This document shows positions 24,801 through 33,852 of a stretch of 64,000 nucleotides of DNA, in pieces. A program made the position numbers and the translations under genes. The notes beneath the pieces were generated by a model. That model worked only from the letters and a program-made list of their open reading frames with translations, had not been told where the DNA came from and ran no database searches. This DNA is from Candidatus Harrisonbacteria bacterium RIFCSPHIGHO2_02_FULL_42_16 (GTDB lineage Bacteria > Patescibacteriota > Minisyncoccia > UBA6257 > 02-FULL-45-10c). Numbering within the stretch: the stretch's first letter is position 1; each line of letters begins with the position of its first letter. The stretch covers positions 4,890 through 68,889 of the forward strand of contig MHJG01000003.1 in the NCBI GenBank assembly GCA_001818695.1, in the 5' to 3' direction.

Positions 24801-27750
24801 AGTTTCTGTTGCCGCTATCGGCGATTTAAACGGCGACGGCGTAACTGATTTGGCAGTAGGCGCTCATGCGGATAATGACGGCAATGCCGATGGCGGCGCT
24901 GTCTATATTTTATTTATGAATCCTGCCGGCACGGTTAAGTCCGCCCAAAAAATCAGCAGTACTGCCGGAAGTTTAGGAGTAACAATGGACACCAGCGATA
25001 ATTTTGGGCAAAGCATTGCTAATATCGGCGATTTAGACGGAGACGGCGTGACTGATATTGCGGTGGGAGCTTTCGTGGATGACGACGGCAATACTGATGG
25101 CGGCGCTGTCTATATTCTTTTTATGAATCCGGACGGTACGGTCAAGTCCAACCAGAAAATTAGCAGTACTGCCGGCGGTTTGGGAGTAACTATGGATACC
25201 GACGATCAATTTGGGCAGGATATTGCTTCTCTCGGCGACTTAGACGGCGACGGCGTAACTGACTTGGTAGTAGGCGCTCATCAAGATGACGATGGCAATA
25301 CTGATGGCGGCGCTGCCTATATTCTTTTTATGAATCCTGATGGTACGGTCAAGTCCAATCAAAAAATCAGCAGTACTGCCGGAAATTTTGGCACAACGCT
25401 GGTCGCGACCGATAGTTTTGGGTATAGCGTTGCTTCTCTCGGCGATTTAGACGGAGATAGCGTTAAAGATATTGTGGTAGGCGCTCGTTTGGATAACGAT
25501 GGCAATACTGATGGCGGCGCTGTCTATATTCTTTTTATGAATCCTAACGGCACGGTTAAGTCCAAGCAAAAAATTAGCAGTACTGCTGGCGGTTTGGGAG
25601 TAACAATGGATACTGGCGATCAATTTGGAGTAAGCATTGCTTCTGTTGGCGATTTGGACGGAGACGGCATAACCGATATCGCGGTAGGTGCTCCGGAAGA
25701 CGACGACGAAGATGCCGGCAGCGGCGCTATTTATATTCTTTTTATGAATGACACTTCTACGTTTAAGTTTTCAATTCAAAATAATAATGCTACTGGCACT
25801 CTTTTGACTCTGGCTAATATTGGCACGGCTACTAATACGGCTGCTCGGTTATCTTTTCAAAATAATGCTACTACCACTGCGGCTTTGACTTCAATTTTGC
25901 TCCAAAACACCACTAACAATAATGGCACCGCCACCACCAGCTCTTATGGCGCCCTGACTTTTTCTATTTTACAGAATGGTTTATTAACTGAAGTATCCCG
26001 ATTCAATGCCAGCGGCACTTTGTCCTTGGTTTCGGGACTTATTTCTTCTGCCTCTTCTACAGTAGCGGGTAATCTTCAAGTAGCTGGCGGCCTCCAGGCC
26101 TCTTCCACATTGACAGTTGGTAGTTTGGCTTCTCTATATAATGGTTTTATTTCTTCCGCTTCTTCTACTGTGGCGAGCAATCTTCATATATCAGGAGTTA
26201 TATCCGCTTCTTCTTCAATGGCTATTAACGGAGCTTTGATAGGCGCTACGACTATAGGAGTTTCAGCATCAACACCAGAAGCGGGAGCTATTTATGTGGA
26301 AAAAACAGGAGGAATACCCGCATCCATTTCTTTGGATACTTCCAATGCTGACCCAGCGATTGATTTTGATTCAAATAATGGCACAGTAAATTGGACTATT
26401 GGATATGACCTGTCAGAAAGTGGCTTTGTTTTGGCGCAAGGAGGAAATCCGACTACTGGCAATGCAAGATTGTTTCTTGCTGATGGAGGAAATATAACAA
26501 TGGCTAATAATGGTGGAAGTGTCGGCATTGGAACGACTACTCCGAGCGCCAAACTTGCGGTGGAACAGGGTTCGGTAAATACCATAGGATTTTATCTCTC
26601 CGGCTACGCTAATGCCACTGCTGACCTTTTTAGGGTCTCTACTTCTACAGCAACCGCCACTTCCACCGCTTTTGTGATTGATTCCCAAGGCCGAGTAGGT
26701 ATAGGAACTTCCACTCCCATTGCTCAGCTTTCTATTGAAGGCACCTGCATAGATAACGGCGGCGGTTGCGCGGACTACGCGGAACTTTATCCGGCTTCCG
26801 AATCGGTAGAAGCAGGAGAATTATTGGCTTTAGATATGGATAATCCCGGCCAGGTTAAAAAAGCCGCGGTTGGTAGCCGGGACTTAATTGTTGGGGCGGT
26901 TTCTTCCAATCCGGCAATTATTATTGAGGGTTCCAGCTTGCAATTATTAACCGGCGCCGCTTATAAAAATAATCCGGAAAAGCCGGCAGTGGCTTTAGCC
27001 GGAAGAATTCCGGTAAAAGTCAATTTGGAAGGCGGCGAAATTAAAGTCGGCGACCCGATTACCGCGTCTTCCGAAGCCGGCGTGGGTAAAAAAGCCACCG
27101 AATCCGGAAAAATTATTGGATACGCTTTGGAGAATTATCCAAATCAGTCAAATGTTAATAAGATAATGTTGTTTGTGTCTTTGGGGCATTGGCAAGCGCC
27201 AACTGAAATTACTCAATTACCTAATTATTTAATTGCTCAAGTCGTTGATGTTGTAAAACAATGGCTGGAAAGCATGCAGGTATTTATTGAAAATGGCCTG
27301 GTTAGATTAAAGAATTTAGTCGCGGAAAAAATTACCGTCCAACAGCTTTGCGTGGAAGATGTCTGTGTGGATAAAACTGGTCTCCAGGCGCTCCTTCAAA
27401 ATGCTGGATTAAATTCTTTATTTACTACCTCTACACCCGCAATTTCTACCACCTCTCCAAGTTTACCGCCATCTGATACTGAACCGCCGGTAATTGCTTT
27501 AAACGGCCCGGCTTTGATAGAAATTGAAATCGGAACTGTTTGGGTTGATCCCGGAGCAACGGTTACGGATAATGTGAATGACAATTTAGGCATTTACTAT
27601 AAAGTAGACGGAATGGAAACCGGCAATGGCGGCCGAGATTTACCCCAAATTGATATCACTGCCGTTGGCGCGCATACCATTATATACATTGCCACTGATC
27701 AGGCGGGGAATATCGGTTCGGCTACCAGAGAAGTTAAAGTGATAGAGTAA
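21805..27750 (+). CDS. giant (1981 aa) secreted/surface protein: coiled-coil region, tail-fibre-like repeats, six FG-GAP (integrin alpha beta-propeller) repeats, C-terminal Ig-like domain
   Basis: Signal/anchor LFLFFSIFTLRLFF. Repeated NLGIGTTSPSQLFSVQGNAFLSGSL and GIGTTTPSAKLAV units. Six copies of FG..IANIGDLDGDGVTDxxVGA...DDDGxxDxGAxYILFMNP. C-terminal PPVIALNGP...YYKVDG...ATDQAGN. Confidence 0.8.
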   Translation: MKADWRQKKEIMKKSGASKRIKLFLFFSIFTLRLFFVEPSYAKSELPDFQFKKFSNQVGQFITVSQNYFKNSLEYYSQIHENNKVVLASFVKEISNKLNAIALKNKDKNVLLGLAFETAPSRNFSQEIGEGVLKNTQLIFEEGSRLLDSAMPASNFIKPKERIPFAPQASPPLITEAQKEFIVKLYEKLKDVDVGSLFSFEKKAVEDEETINRLAEIISAKLPQVQQVIKEVRTEKEIKIETKETQVILNDQKINELQASLVQLQQTQETNRQNLFNTIALSNRINTLKGVTITEPIFSSGAITDSDIPDTITVSNYIPLGGGTFTGSTTVAGNFHVSGVLNASSTLLANGLSTLTGGFISSASSTIAGSLQISGPIQASSSATIANTLGVSGLSTLAGFISTASSTISNSLQLAGPLSASSTLQVSGNSVFYGNLGIGTTSPSQLFSVQGNAFLSGSLINVANITATGTITTVNASTTGMLTVGNGAIVTGSSTIAGPLQISGPIQASSSATIASTLGVSGLSTLSGFISTASSTISNSLQLAGPLSASSTLQVSGNSVFYGNLGIGTTSPSQLFSVQGNAFLSGSLINVANITATGTITTVNASTTGMLTVGNGAIVTGSSTIAGPLQISGPIQASSSATIASTLGVSGLSTLSGFISTASSTISNSLQLSGPLSASSTLTVGGNSIFSGFISTASSTFSSNLLVSGVLNASSTIFASNGLSLISGNLGIGTTSPSQLFSVQGNAFLSGSLINVANITATGTLTVRGSATSTVNQALGIGPTTTPEAMLTVMARGRALLGRIFEVAGNTTATRHSLFTVYESGRIDVGGLSATSTDYSSLRNRLTIFSGGERKLQLLNTGSLLVGNTATTGRAYAFSVAGSVNIAGSLQFGKKNAYLNFLSSDGTVKSNQKISDTAGSFTATLDINDNFGMSVANIGDLDGDGVTDLVAGAHKDDDGFTDRGAIYVLFMNPAGTVKSFQKTSNSFGGYTLANNDEFGVSVAAIGDLNGDGVTDLAVGAHADNDGNADGGAVYILFMNPAGTVKSAQKISSTAGSLGVTMDTSDNFGQSIANIGDLDGDGVTDIAVGAFVDDDGNTDGGAVYILFMNPDGTVKSNQKISSTAGGLGVTMDTDDQFGQDIASLGDLDGDGVTDLVVGAHQDDDGNTDGGAAYILFMNPDGTVKSNQKISSTAGNFGTTLVATDSFGYSVASLGDLDGDSVKDIVVGARLDNDGNTDGGAVYILFMNPNGTVKSKQKISSTAGGLGVTMDTGDQFGVSIASVGDLDGDGITDIAVGAPEDDDEDAGSGAIYILFMNDTSTFKFSIQNNNATGTLLTLANIGTATNTAARLSFQNNATTTAALTSILLQNTTNNNGTATTSSYGALTFSILQNGLLTEVSRFNASGTLSLVSGLISSASSTVAGNLQVAGGLQASSTLTVGSLASLYNGFISSASSTVASNLHISGVISASSSMAINGALIGATTIGVSASTPEAGAIYVEKTGGIPASISLDTSNADPAIDFDSNNGTVNWTIGYDLSESGFVLAQGGNPTTGNARLFLADGGNITMANNGGSVGIGTTTPSAKLAVEQGSVNTIGFYLSGYANATADLFRVSTSTATATSTAFVIDSQGRVGIGTSTPIAQLSIEGTCIDNGGGCADYAELYPASESVEAGELLALDMDNPGQVKKAAVGSRDLIVGAVSSNPAIIIEGSSLQLLTGAAYKNNPEKPAVALAGRIPVKVNLEGGEIKVGDPITASSEAGVGKKATESGKIIGYALENYPNQSNVNKIMLFVSLGHWQAPTEITQLPNYLIAQVVDVVKQWLESMQVFIENGLVRLKNLVAEKITVQQLCVEDVCVDKTGLQALLQNAGLNSLFTTSTPAISTTSPSLPPSDTEPPVIALNGPALIEIEIGTVWVDPGATVTDNVNDNLGIYYKVDGMETGNGGRDLPQIDITAVGAHTIIYIATDQAGNIGSATREVKVIE
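22898..23830 (+). repeat. 387-bp (129-aa) tandem repeat, ~2.4 copies, copies 2 and 3 nucleotide-identical, inside the giant gene
   Basis: Unit starts at 22898, 23285 and 23672 (ccaccatagc...). Copies 2/3 identical over >350 bp; copy 1 slightly diverged. Confidence 0.8.
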
Positions 27751-27826
27751 GCAATGGGTTTATAAGTTTAGTTCATACTACAACCCTGAAACTACGGTTA
27801 TTTTATATTTTTATTTTATATTTATT

Positions 27827-27866
27827 TTGTTTGTATTACTATGAAACGATCGTTAGTTAGTAATAC
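27827..27866. repeat. palindromic hairpin (ttgtattact...agtaatacaa with central aacgatcgtt palindrome), copy A
   Basis: Near-identical copy at 28492-28530; the two bracket the gene 27893-28483. Confidence 0.65.
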
Positions 27867-27892
27867 AAATACCAAAATAACATTTTGTTTAA

Positions 27893-28483
27893 TTATTTCA
27901 CTGTCATTGAACCACTTTTTGAAATTTTGAAAATGTGAATATATTTGAGAATATTAAGTTCTCGCAGGTCGTGGATAAAATCCGCTGGGACGGCATAGTT
28001 GCCGATCCAGACGCTTTTTTGTAGCATGGCAAAGCCAAGCGATTTGAGTTGATGCCGAAGCCATGACCGATAATGCTTAAGCTGTTCCGGTATATCAAAA
28101 ATAAAGAGCATCTGGATAGAAATCTCCTTCCTTTCATATACTTTTTTTGGTAATTTCGACGGTTGTTGATGTTCATAGTTTAGCAATTTTTTCAGTCCTT
28201 TTGCGGTTAATTTCCAGACAGTTTTTACGTCCAGACTTTGTTTTTTTACAATATCGTCTTTACGAAGTTTTGCTAATAGCATATAAAATCGTTTTTCTTC
28301 TTCTCGTTTCCATTTTTGATAATTAAATTTCGGCGCATCCATATGACCAAGCAGACGTTTTGTGACTTTATAAGTATCAGGGCTAAAAGGCGATAGAGTA
28401 TTAATAATCTCTTTTGCGGTGCGGGCTTTATGCCGCAATAGATTTAGAATTCTTTTGGTTTTATCGCCTCGTGATATATACAT
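27893..28483 (-). CDS. winged-helix protein with C-terminal Cas2-like / PaaX_C-like domain (putative regulator)
   Basis: C-terminal LFIFDIPEQLKHYRSWLRHQLKSLGFAMLQKSVWIG fits the Cas2/PaaX_C pattern (YDI...R..LR..L...G.R.Q.SVF); N-terminal basic HTH-like region. No CRISPR array nearby. Confidence 0.45.
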   Translation of the reverse strand: MYISRGDKTKRILNLLRHKARTAKEIINTLSPFSPDTYKVTKRLLGHMDAPKFNYQKWKREEEKRFYMLLAKLRKDDIVKKQSLDVKTVWKLTAKGLKKLLNYEHQQPSKLPKKVYERKEISIQMLFIFDIPEQLKHYRSWLRHQLKSLGFAMLQKSVWIGNYAVPADFIHDLRELNILKYIHIFKISKSGSMTVK

Positions 28484-28491
28484 TGTTTTAG

Positions 28492-28530
28492 TTTGTATTA
28501 CTATTAAACGATCGTCAAGTAGTAATACAA
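28492..28530. repeat. palindromic hairpin, copy B
   Basis: ttgtattactattaaacgatcgtcaagtagtaatacaa. Confidence 0.65.
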
Positions 28531-28578
28531 AGTTGCAAAATATAAAATTAAAAGATGTGAAATTAAAAAGATATGAAA

Positions 28579-29352
28579 TTAAGATAGTAAATTTTGATAT
28601 CCGTTTAAGAACGCTTTGTAACTCATTGGTTTTTTGCCTTCGGGCTGGACTGTTAGCAACTGTAATTTTTCGCTATTAAAATCCGCTTTTAGCAGTTTTA
28701 AACGGAGTTCTTTTCCGTTTTTTAGTTTTAAAATTGTGAATACTCCCGGTTCCGGATTTAAAGCGCGGATTTTCAGCCAAATTTTTTTAGGAGCGTCATT
28801 TTTTAAATTAACTTGGGCATCTTCCGCATCGAATTTTTTAGTGTAAGTTGCTTGGCTTTCATCCTGGATTTGCGGCTGAATTTTTCCGGCCAACAATTTA
28901 GGAATCGTATCTAATGCTAGTTTTACGCTTAATTCCGCCAGTTTTTCCGTGAGAGATTGATTGTCGTCTTTTGTGGTTATTTGTAGTTTATTTGTTGCAA
29001 GTGTCGGCCCATGGTCAATTTTTTCGTCAATAATAAAAAGCGTTGTTCCGGTTTCTTGTTCGTCATTTAGGATGGTGGACTGAATAGGGGAGGGGCCCCG
29101 CAAGCGGGGTAGAAGAGAGGGGTGGATGCCGATTGTTTTATATTTTGGAATGCCAATTATTTCTTTTTCAAGGATTTTTGCGAAAGCCGCTACTAGAAAA
29201 AAATCCGCGTTCAACGACCGCAGATATTCAAGGGTAATAAGGGATTTGGCGTCCCGAATTTCGGCCATAGGCGGCTGGCCGGCATTTTTAAGCCCGTTTA
29301 ATATAATCTGGGCGAATTCCGATTCTCTTCCTCCAAAAAATACGTATTTCAT
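28579..29352 (-). CDS. fmt: methionyl-tRNA formyltransferase
   Basis: HPSLLPRLRGPSPIQ signature and C-terminal Fmt domain; def lies nearby. Confidence 0.8.
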   Translation of the reverse strand: MKYVFFGGRESEFAQIILNGLKNAGQPPMAEIRDAKSLITLEYLRSLNADFFLVAAFAKILEKEIIGIPKYKTIGIHPSLLPRLRGPSPIQSTILNDEQETGTTLFIIDEKIDHGPTLATNKLQITTKDDNQSLTEKLAELSVKLALDTIPKLLAGKIQPQIQDESQATYTKKFDAEDAQVNLKNDAPKKIWLKIRALNPEPGVFTILKLKNGKELRLKLLKADFNSEKLQLLTVQPEGKKPMSYKAFLNGYQNLLS

Positions 29353-29431
29353 TAACTTAATATTGCTTCAATTTTAACGATATCGCAAGGTCATATTATA
29401 TTCTTAAAAATGATATAATTTTAATGAACAT

Positions 29432-29710
29432 ATGGAACATATTAAAAAAACCAGCAAGCAATACTTTTCTCTTTTAAAAGAAAGGGCAAAGCTGTCCAGG
29501 GTTTATACTTCTCATCAATCCACCGGATTGGCTCTTGCCCAGATTTTAAATGACCCGAGCCATAAATCGCTTTATATGCGGCTGGCAAAAATGTACGATA
29601 ATGCCCAATTGACACGCATCGCCAAAAACATTGAAGAGTGCGCCGACATTAAAAATAAAGGCGCTTATTTCATGAAAGTATTGAAAGCCACCGATTTAAA
29701 TTCTTTATGA
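29432..29710 (+). CDS. hypothetical protein, translationally coupled to def
   Basis: 92 aa; 4-nt overlap with the def start. Confidence 0.4.
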   Translation: MEHIKKTSKQYFSLLKERAKLSRVYTSHQSTGLALAQILNDPSHKSLYMRLAKMYDNAQLTRIAKNIEECADIKNKGAYFMKVLKATDLNSL

Positions 29711-30207
29711 CCAAAGACGGCGTTTGGACGATTGACAATAAAAATGAAAAAAAACTTCTTAGGAAAAAGACAGCCGATTTTAATTTTGAGAAAATCAATA
29801 AAAAAGAAATAAATGGGTTGATAAAAAAAATGCGGGATATTATGAAAACGGCTTTCGGCATAGGATTGAGCGCCAATCAAATCGGACTGGATTTTAATTT
29901 TTTCGTGGCGCAAGTGAATAATAAATTTTATGCCGTATTTAATCCTGAAATAGTTAAAAAATCAAATAACGCGGTTTCAATGGAAGAAGGGTGTTTAAGC
30001 GTGCCGGAAATTTTTGGGGAAGTGGAACGTCAGGAGAAAATTATTTTGGAGGGTTATGATAAAAACGGCAGAAAAATAAAAATAAAAGCATGGGGGCTGT
30101 TAGCTCGTGTATTCCAGCATGAAGTTGATCACCTTAACGGAAAAATTTTTATAGATACGGCTAAAAATTTGCATAAATATGAAAAAACGGCTCTTCGTCG
30201 CCATTAA
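29707..30207 (+). CDS. def: peptide deformylase
   Basis: GIGLSANQIG, EGCLSVP, QHEVDHLNG. Confidence 0.9.
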   Translation: MTKDGVWTIDNKNEKKLLRKKTADFNFEKINKKEINGLIKKMRDIMKTAFGIGLSANQIGLDFNFFVAQVNNKFYAVFNPEIVKKSNNAVSMEEGCLSVPEIFGEVERQEKIILEGYDKNGRKIKIKAWGLLARVFQHEVDHLNGKIFIDTAKNLHKYEKTALRRH

Positions 30208-30311
30208 TCTGCCGGAATTAATAAAAAACCGGACAGAATATGAATTGGAAAAAATCCGGAGCGGAGCATGAAATTTTACAGAAAATTGATTCCCGATTAT
30301 AATTAAACTTT

Positions 30312-31571
30312 ATGAATCGCATATTTAAAGAAAAAGCGGAAAAAATTGTTTTAGCGGCTATTTTATTTATTTTAGCGTTAATCATAGGCGCCGGCGCTTT
30401 TTATTTCGGCTACCAAAAAGGGCTGGAGACCCCCAAAACAATCGTTATTGAGAATGTTTCCAATATCAATTCCGGCGGGGAAATAGACGCTAATTTTGGC
30501 ATATTTTGGGAGGCGTGGGACTTGATTAAGCGGGAATATTTTAAAGGAGGCAAAATCGTTGATAAAGATTTGGTTTATGGCGCAATTACCGGATTGGTTA
30601 ATTCTTTGGGCGACCCCAATACTGTTTTTTTGCCTCCGGAGGACTCTAAAAAATTTGAGGAAGATGTAAATGGAAATTTTGGCGGCATCGGAGCGGAAAT
30701 AGGCATTAAGGAAAAACAGCTGGTTATTATTGCCCCTTTGAAAGGTAATCCGGCGGAAAAAGCCGGCTTAAAAGCGGGAGATAAAATCTTAGCTATTAAT
30801 GAAAAGAACGCCAGCGGTTTGGATGTCAGCGAGGCGGTAAAAAAAATCCGGGGTGAAATTGGAACGGCGGTAACGTTGGCAATTTTGCGCGAGGGCTGGG
30901 AAAAACCGCAGGACTTTAAAATTATCAGAGACAATATTGAAATACCGACAATGGAATGGAGTATTATTCAAAAAGACGACAAAAAGTTTATCCACCTTAA
31001 ACTTTTCAGTTTTAATCAGAATGCTCCGACGGTATTTTATAAGGCGGTTTTAATAGTTCTTTATGAACGGCCTGACGGCATTATTTTGGACTTGCGTAAT
31101 AATCCGGGCGGTTTTTTGGAAGTGGCAATCAATATAGCCGGCTGGTTTTTGGATAGGGGAGATATTGTGGCTACGGAAAAATTTCGCAATCAGGAAGAAG
31201 TGGTGTTCCGCGCCAGCGGTAATGCCGCTTTAAAAAATATTCCGATGGTAATTTTAGTTAATAAGGGTTCCGCATCCGCGTCAGAGATATTGGCTGGAGC
31301 GCTCAGGGCGCAAATAAAAACTAAATTAGTGGGAGAGACCACTTTTGGAAAGGGGACAGTGCAAGAATTGCGGAATCTTAGCGATAATTCTACGGTAAAA
31401 CTTACGGTGGCTAATTGGTTGTTGCCGGACGGAACTCTTATTGATGAAAAGGGAATAAAGCCGGATATAGAAGTGGAATTAAAAGATGAAGACGCCGAAA
31501 AAGGCCGCGATCCGCAATTGGATAAAGCCGTTGAAGTTATTTTGCGGGAAATAAAAGTTATTGCCCAATAA
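30312..31571 (+). CDS. ctpA: carboxyl-terminal processing protease (S41 family, PDZ domain)
   Basis: N-terminal TM, PDZ (GGIGAEIG...KAGLKAGDKILAIN), catalytic GSASASE...K. Confidence 0.85.
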   Translation: MNRIFKEKAEKIVLAAILFILALIIGAGAFYFGYQKGLETPKTIVIENVSNINSGGEIDANFGIFWEAWDLIKREYFKGGKIVDKDLVYGAITGLVNSLGDPNTVFLPPEDSKKFEEDVNGNFGGIGAEIGIKEKQLVIIAPLKGNPAEKAGLKAGDKILAINEKNASGLDVSEAVKKIRGEIGTAVTLAILREGWEKPQDFKIIRDNIEIPTMEWSIIQKDDKKFIHLKLFSFNQNAPTVFYKAVLIVLYERPDGIILDLRNNPGGFLEVAINIAGWFLDRGDIVATEKFRNQEEVVFRASGNAALKNIPMVILVNKGSASASEILAGALRAQIKTKLVGETTFGKGTVQELRNLSDNSTVKLTVANWLLPDGTLIDEKGIKPDIEVELKDEDAEKGRDPQLDKAVEVILREIKVIAQ

Positions 31572-31836
31572 TACTGACAACGGTTGCGTATCTCGGCGAA
31601 CCGTCAAAACGGATTTTCTTCGCTAATTTATATTTAACTTTGCCGTTTTTTAAGGCGAAAAGCGTATCATCGCCGGCCTGCTTTACATTCAAACCCGGCA
31701 GATATTTAGTGCCTCTTTGGCGGACAATTATTTGGCCGACGGCGACTATTTCGCCGTTAGTTTTTTTTAAGCCGAGTCGCTTGGATTCTGATTCCCTGGC
31801 GTTATGCGCCGCGCCGGCTGATTTAGTATGCGCCAT
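31558..31836 (-). CDS. rpmA: 50S ribosomal protein L27
   Basis: MAHTKSAGAAHNARESESKRLGLK...IIVRQRGTKY. Confidence 0.9.
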   Translation of the reverse strand: MAHTKSAGAAHNARESESKRLGLKKTNGEIVAVGQIIVRQRGTKYLPGLNVKQAGDDTLFALKNGKVKYKLAKKIRFDGSPRYATVVSIIGQ

Positions 31837-32051
31837 TTTTCTTTACGAGCGTAGCGAGTAATTAGAAAAATGAGCGTCCCGTTAGATAAATGAAGTTTAT
31901 CTCATCGGGATGCCACTTCTATGCCCTTAATTTTATTATAAAATTATATTACTATATTATTACGTTGTCAATCCCGTTAGAAAATTTACAAACTTCGTTC
32001 AATTAGTTAAAATATATTTAATCTTACGGTTAAAGTTTTATTAAAAAAATA

Positions 32052-32219
32052 ATGAATTTAAATTTTCTAACGGGATCAACTCTCAAAATTTGGCTTAAAA
32101 AGCGGGAAACAATATTATTTTTGCTTTTATTTTTAATAACTTCTTTAAGTTTTGGATTGGGTTATCTTTTCGCTAAAAAAGAAAGCGTAGCGCCGATTAT
32201 AATAGAAAAAGCCCAATAA
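32052..32219 (+). CDS. possible small membrane protein (55 aa)
   Basis: ORF below track cutoff; hydrophobic LFLLLFLITSLSFGLGYLF; no SD; abuts the stop of the minus-strand gene. Confidence 0.2.
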   Translation: MNLNFLTGSTLKIWLKKRETILFLLLFLITSLSFGLGYLFAKKESVAPIIIEKAQ

Positions 32220-32981
32220 TTATAAATATCCGATTTTCTTTAGCCAATAAGCGTTCTCCCACTCCCATAATTTTTTTGCTCCTAAAAACGCCTCAAAATC
32301 ATCTTTCCAAAAAGGAAATTCCTGCAGTTCCACCACTCCGGTTAAATCAGACCATTGATGCTCTTCGGCGGGGCAGGGGACTGATTTGCCGCGTCGCACT
32401 TTATTGCGGCCACCTTTGGGGCGCATGGTAGAGCCGCAAGAAAAACATTTTTTTATCTGGTCAATCCGAAGAATCCAGCGGGTTTCTAAACTCGGCAATT
32501 CCGTCAATAATGCTTCAATGTAAGCGGAGGTCTGCAGATTATAATCTCGATATATGGCCTGGGAGGTTTTGATGTCTAATACGCCGAATTTCCCGTCTAT
32601 TAAAGCCAGTGCGTCTATAGTGCCGGCATATTTATGTTGAGGATTGAAAATCCTTTTTTCCACCAATTCTTTGTCAACGTGGATGTTTCGGCTATTCATG
32701 AATTCCCAAAAAGCGGTGATAGCCGGCTTTATCGTTTCCGGCACTTCCGGATTTTCACCGACCATTATTTTTTCCGATATTTCGTGGATTAAAGTGCCTT
32801 CTTTGGCAGATGTCTCGGTAATTTGCTTCGCCGCCTTGTAACTTGCCGCTTCGCCGTAAAACCAATAAAGCGCCGGTTTAGATTTAATGTCAATAATCTT
32901 GGTAACGCGGGGATACCAGTGGCCATCAATATCATAACCGCAAAGCTCTTTAAAACTCTCTTCATTCTTAAATGAATACAT
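32220..32981 (-). CDS. PD-(D/E)xK nuclease superfamily protein with inserted zinc ribbon
   Basis: GTIDALALIDGKFGVLDIKTSQ...YNLQTSAY (D..D.K, Q..Y motifs) plus CFSCGS...CPAEEH. Confidence 0.55.
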   Translation of the reverse strand: MYSFKNEESFKELCGYDIDGHWYPRVTKIIDIKSKPALYWFYGEAASYKAAKQITETSAKEGTLIHEISEKIMVGENPEVPETIKPAITAFWEFMNSRNIHVDKELVEKRIFNPQHKYAGTIDALALIDGKFGVLDIKTSQAIYRDYNLQTSAYIEALLTELPSLETRWILRIDQIKKCFSCGSTMRPKGGRNKVRRGKSVPCPAEEHQWSDLTGVVELQEFPFWKDDFEAFLGAKKLWEWENAYWLKKIGYL

Positions 32982-33124
32982 AACTACCTAATTTTATATT
33001 AAATTTCTAAAAAGAACAAACTTATTTATGATGTTTGGCGTAAATAGTAAATAGGGATTAGGTAAAAAAATCCCCCAAGTAATTGCTCGGGGGTAGATAG
33101 AAATAGGTAATAGATATTTGGGCA

Positions 33125-33394
33125 TTACTGCGCTTTTTTCGTTTTTTGTGATTTAACTCTCTCAAGAGACGGCGAAGTTATTTCAACATATTTACCGGTT
33201 GATTCATCCATTGCCGTCAATACTCGGCCGGATTTTACTCTTTCAACTACCTCCGCATATAGAGTTAACGCGTCGCCTAATACTTCTCCAGTATTATTAG
33301 CTCCCGTTTCCAGTTTAAGCTTTTCAATAGTTAAAACTGTCTGACAGGGGACACTGACGGTGTATTGATGCTGTTCTTTTCTTTCTTCCCCCAT
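33125..33394 (-). CDS. hypothetical protein
   Basis: 89 aa; strong AAGGAGGT RBS. Confidence 0.45.
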   Translation of the reverse strand: MGEERKEQHQYTVSVPCQTVLTIEKLKLETGANNTGEVLGDALTLYAEVVERVKSGRVLTAMDESTGKYVEITSPSLERVKSQKTKKAQ

Positions 33395-33573
33395 ATACTA
33401 ATTACCTCCTTTTTACTAAGCATTGAACTATATCTATAGTAACAAATGATTAAATTATTTGTCAATACCTAAAAATAGGTCAGGGAGCTTCAAAATAAGC
33501 ATTATCTAACTGTCGCACAATATACCTTTTGCGACAGTTAAAATACTTACAACCTTGATAATTCTAATAAGCT

Positions 33574-33828
33574 TTAAATGCGGTTGGCAATATTTCTAAG
33601 AAATTCCATTAAAAATGACGCCCATAATATAGCGATTTTTCCGATAGCGGAAAGCATTGACTGGAAATTAACGCCGATATTCTCTAAAAACCAGATATTC
33701 ACCTTGCCGGCTAACATTAAAAGTTGCTGAAACAGCCGTATTACATCATCCCCGTTTTGGGGTATAAAAGCCGATAGTTTTTTGGCGGAACCTATAAAAA
33801 GGTCAAAAAGGCGTAAAAGGAAGTCCAT
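33574..33828 (-). CDS. hypothetical protein
   Basis: 84 aa, directly downstream of the M23 peptidase gene. Confidence 0.35.
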   Translation of the reverse strand: MDFLLRLFDLFIGSAKKLSAFIPQNGDDVIRLFQQLLMLAGKVNIWFLENIGVNFQSMLSAIGKIAILWASFLMEFLRNIANRI

Positions 33829-33852
33829 TACACTTTCATTATATCATAATAA

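Noticed and set aside
23709-27593. Multiple minus-strand ORFs within the giant gene
   Set aside because: They are antisense products of the repetitive Ser/Thr/Gly-rich coding sequence, with no independent support.
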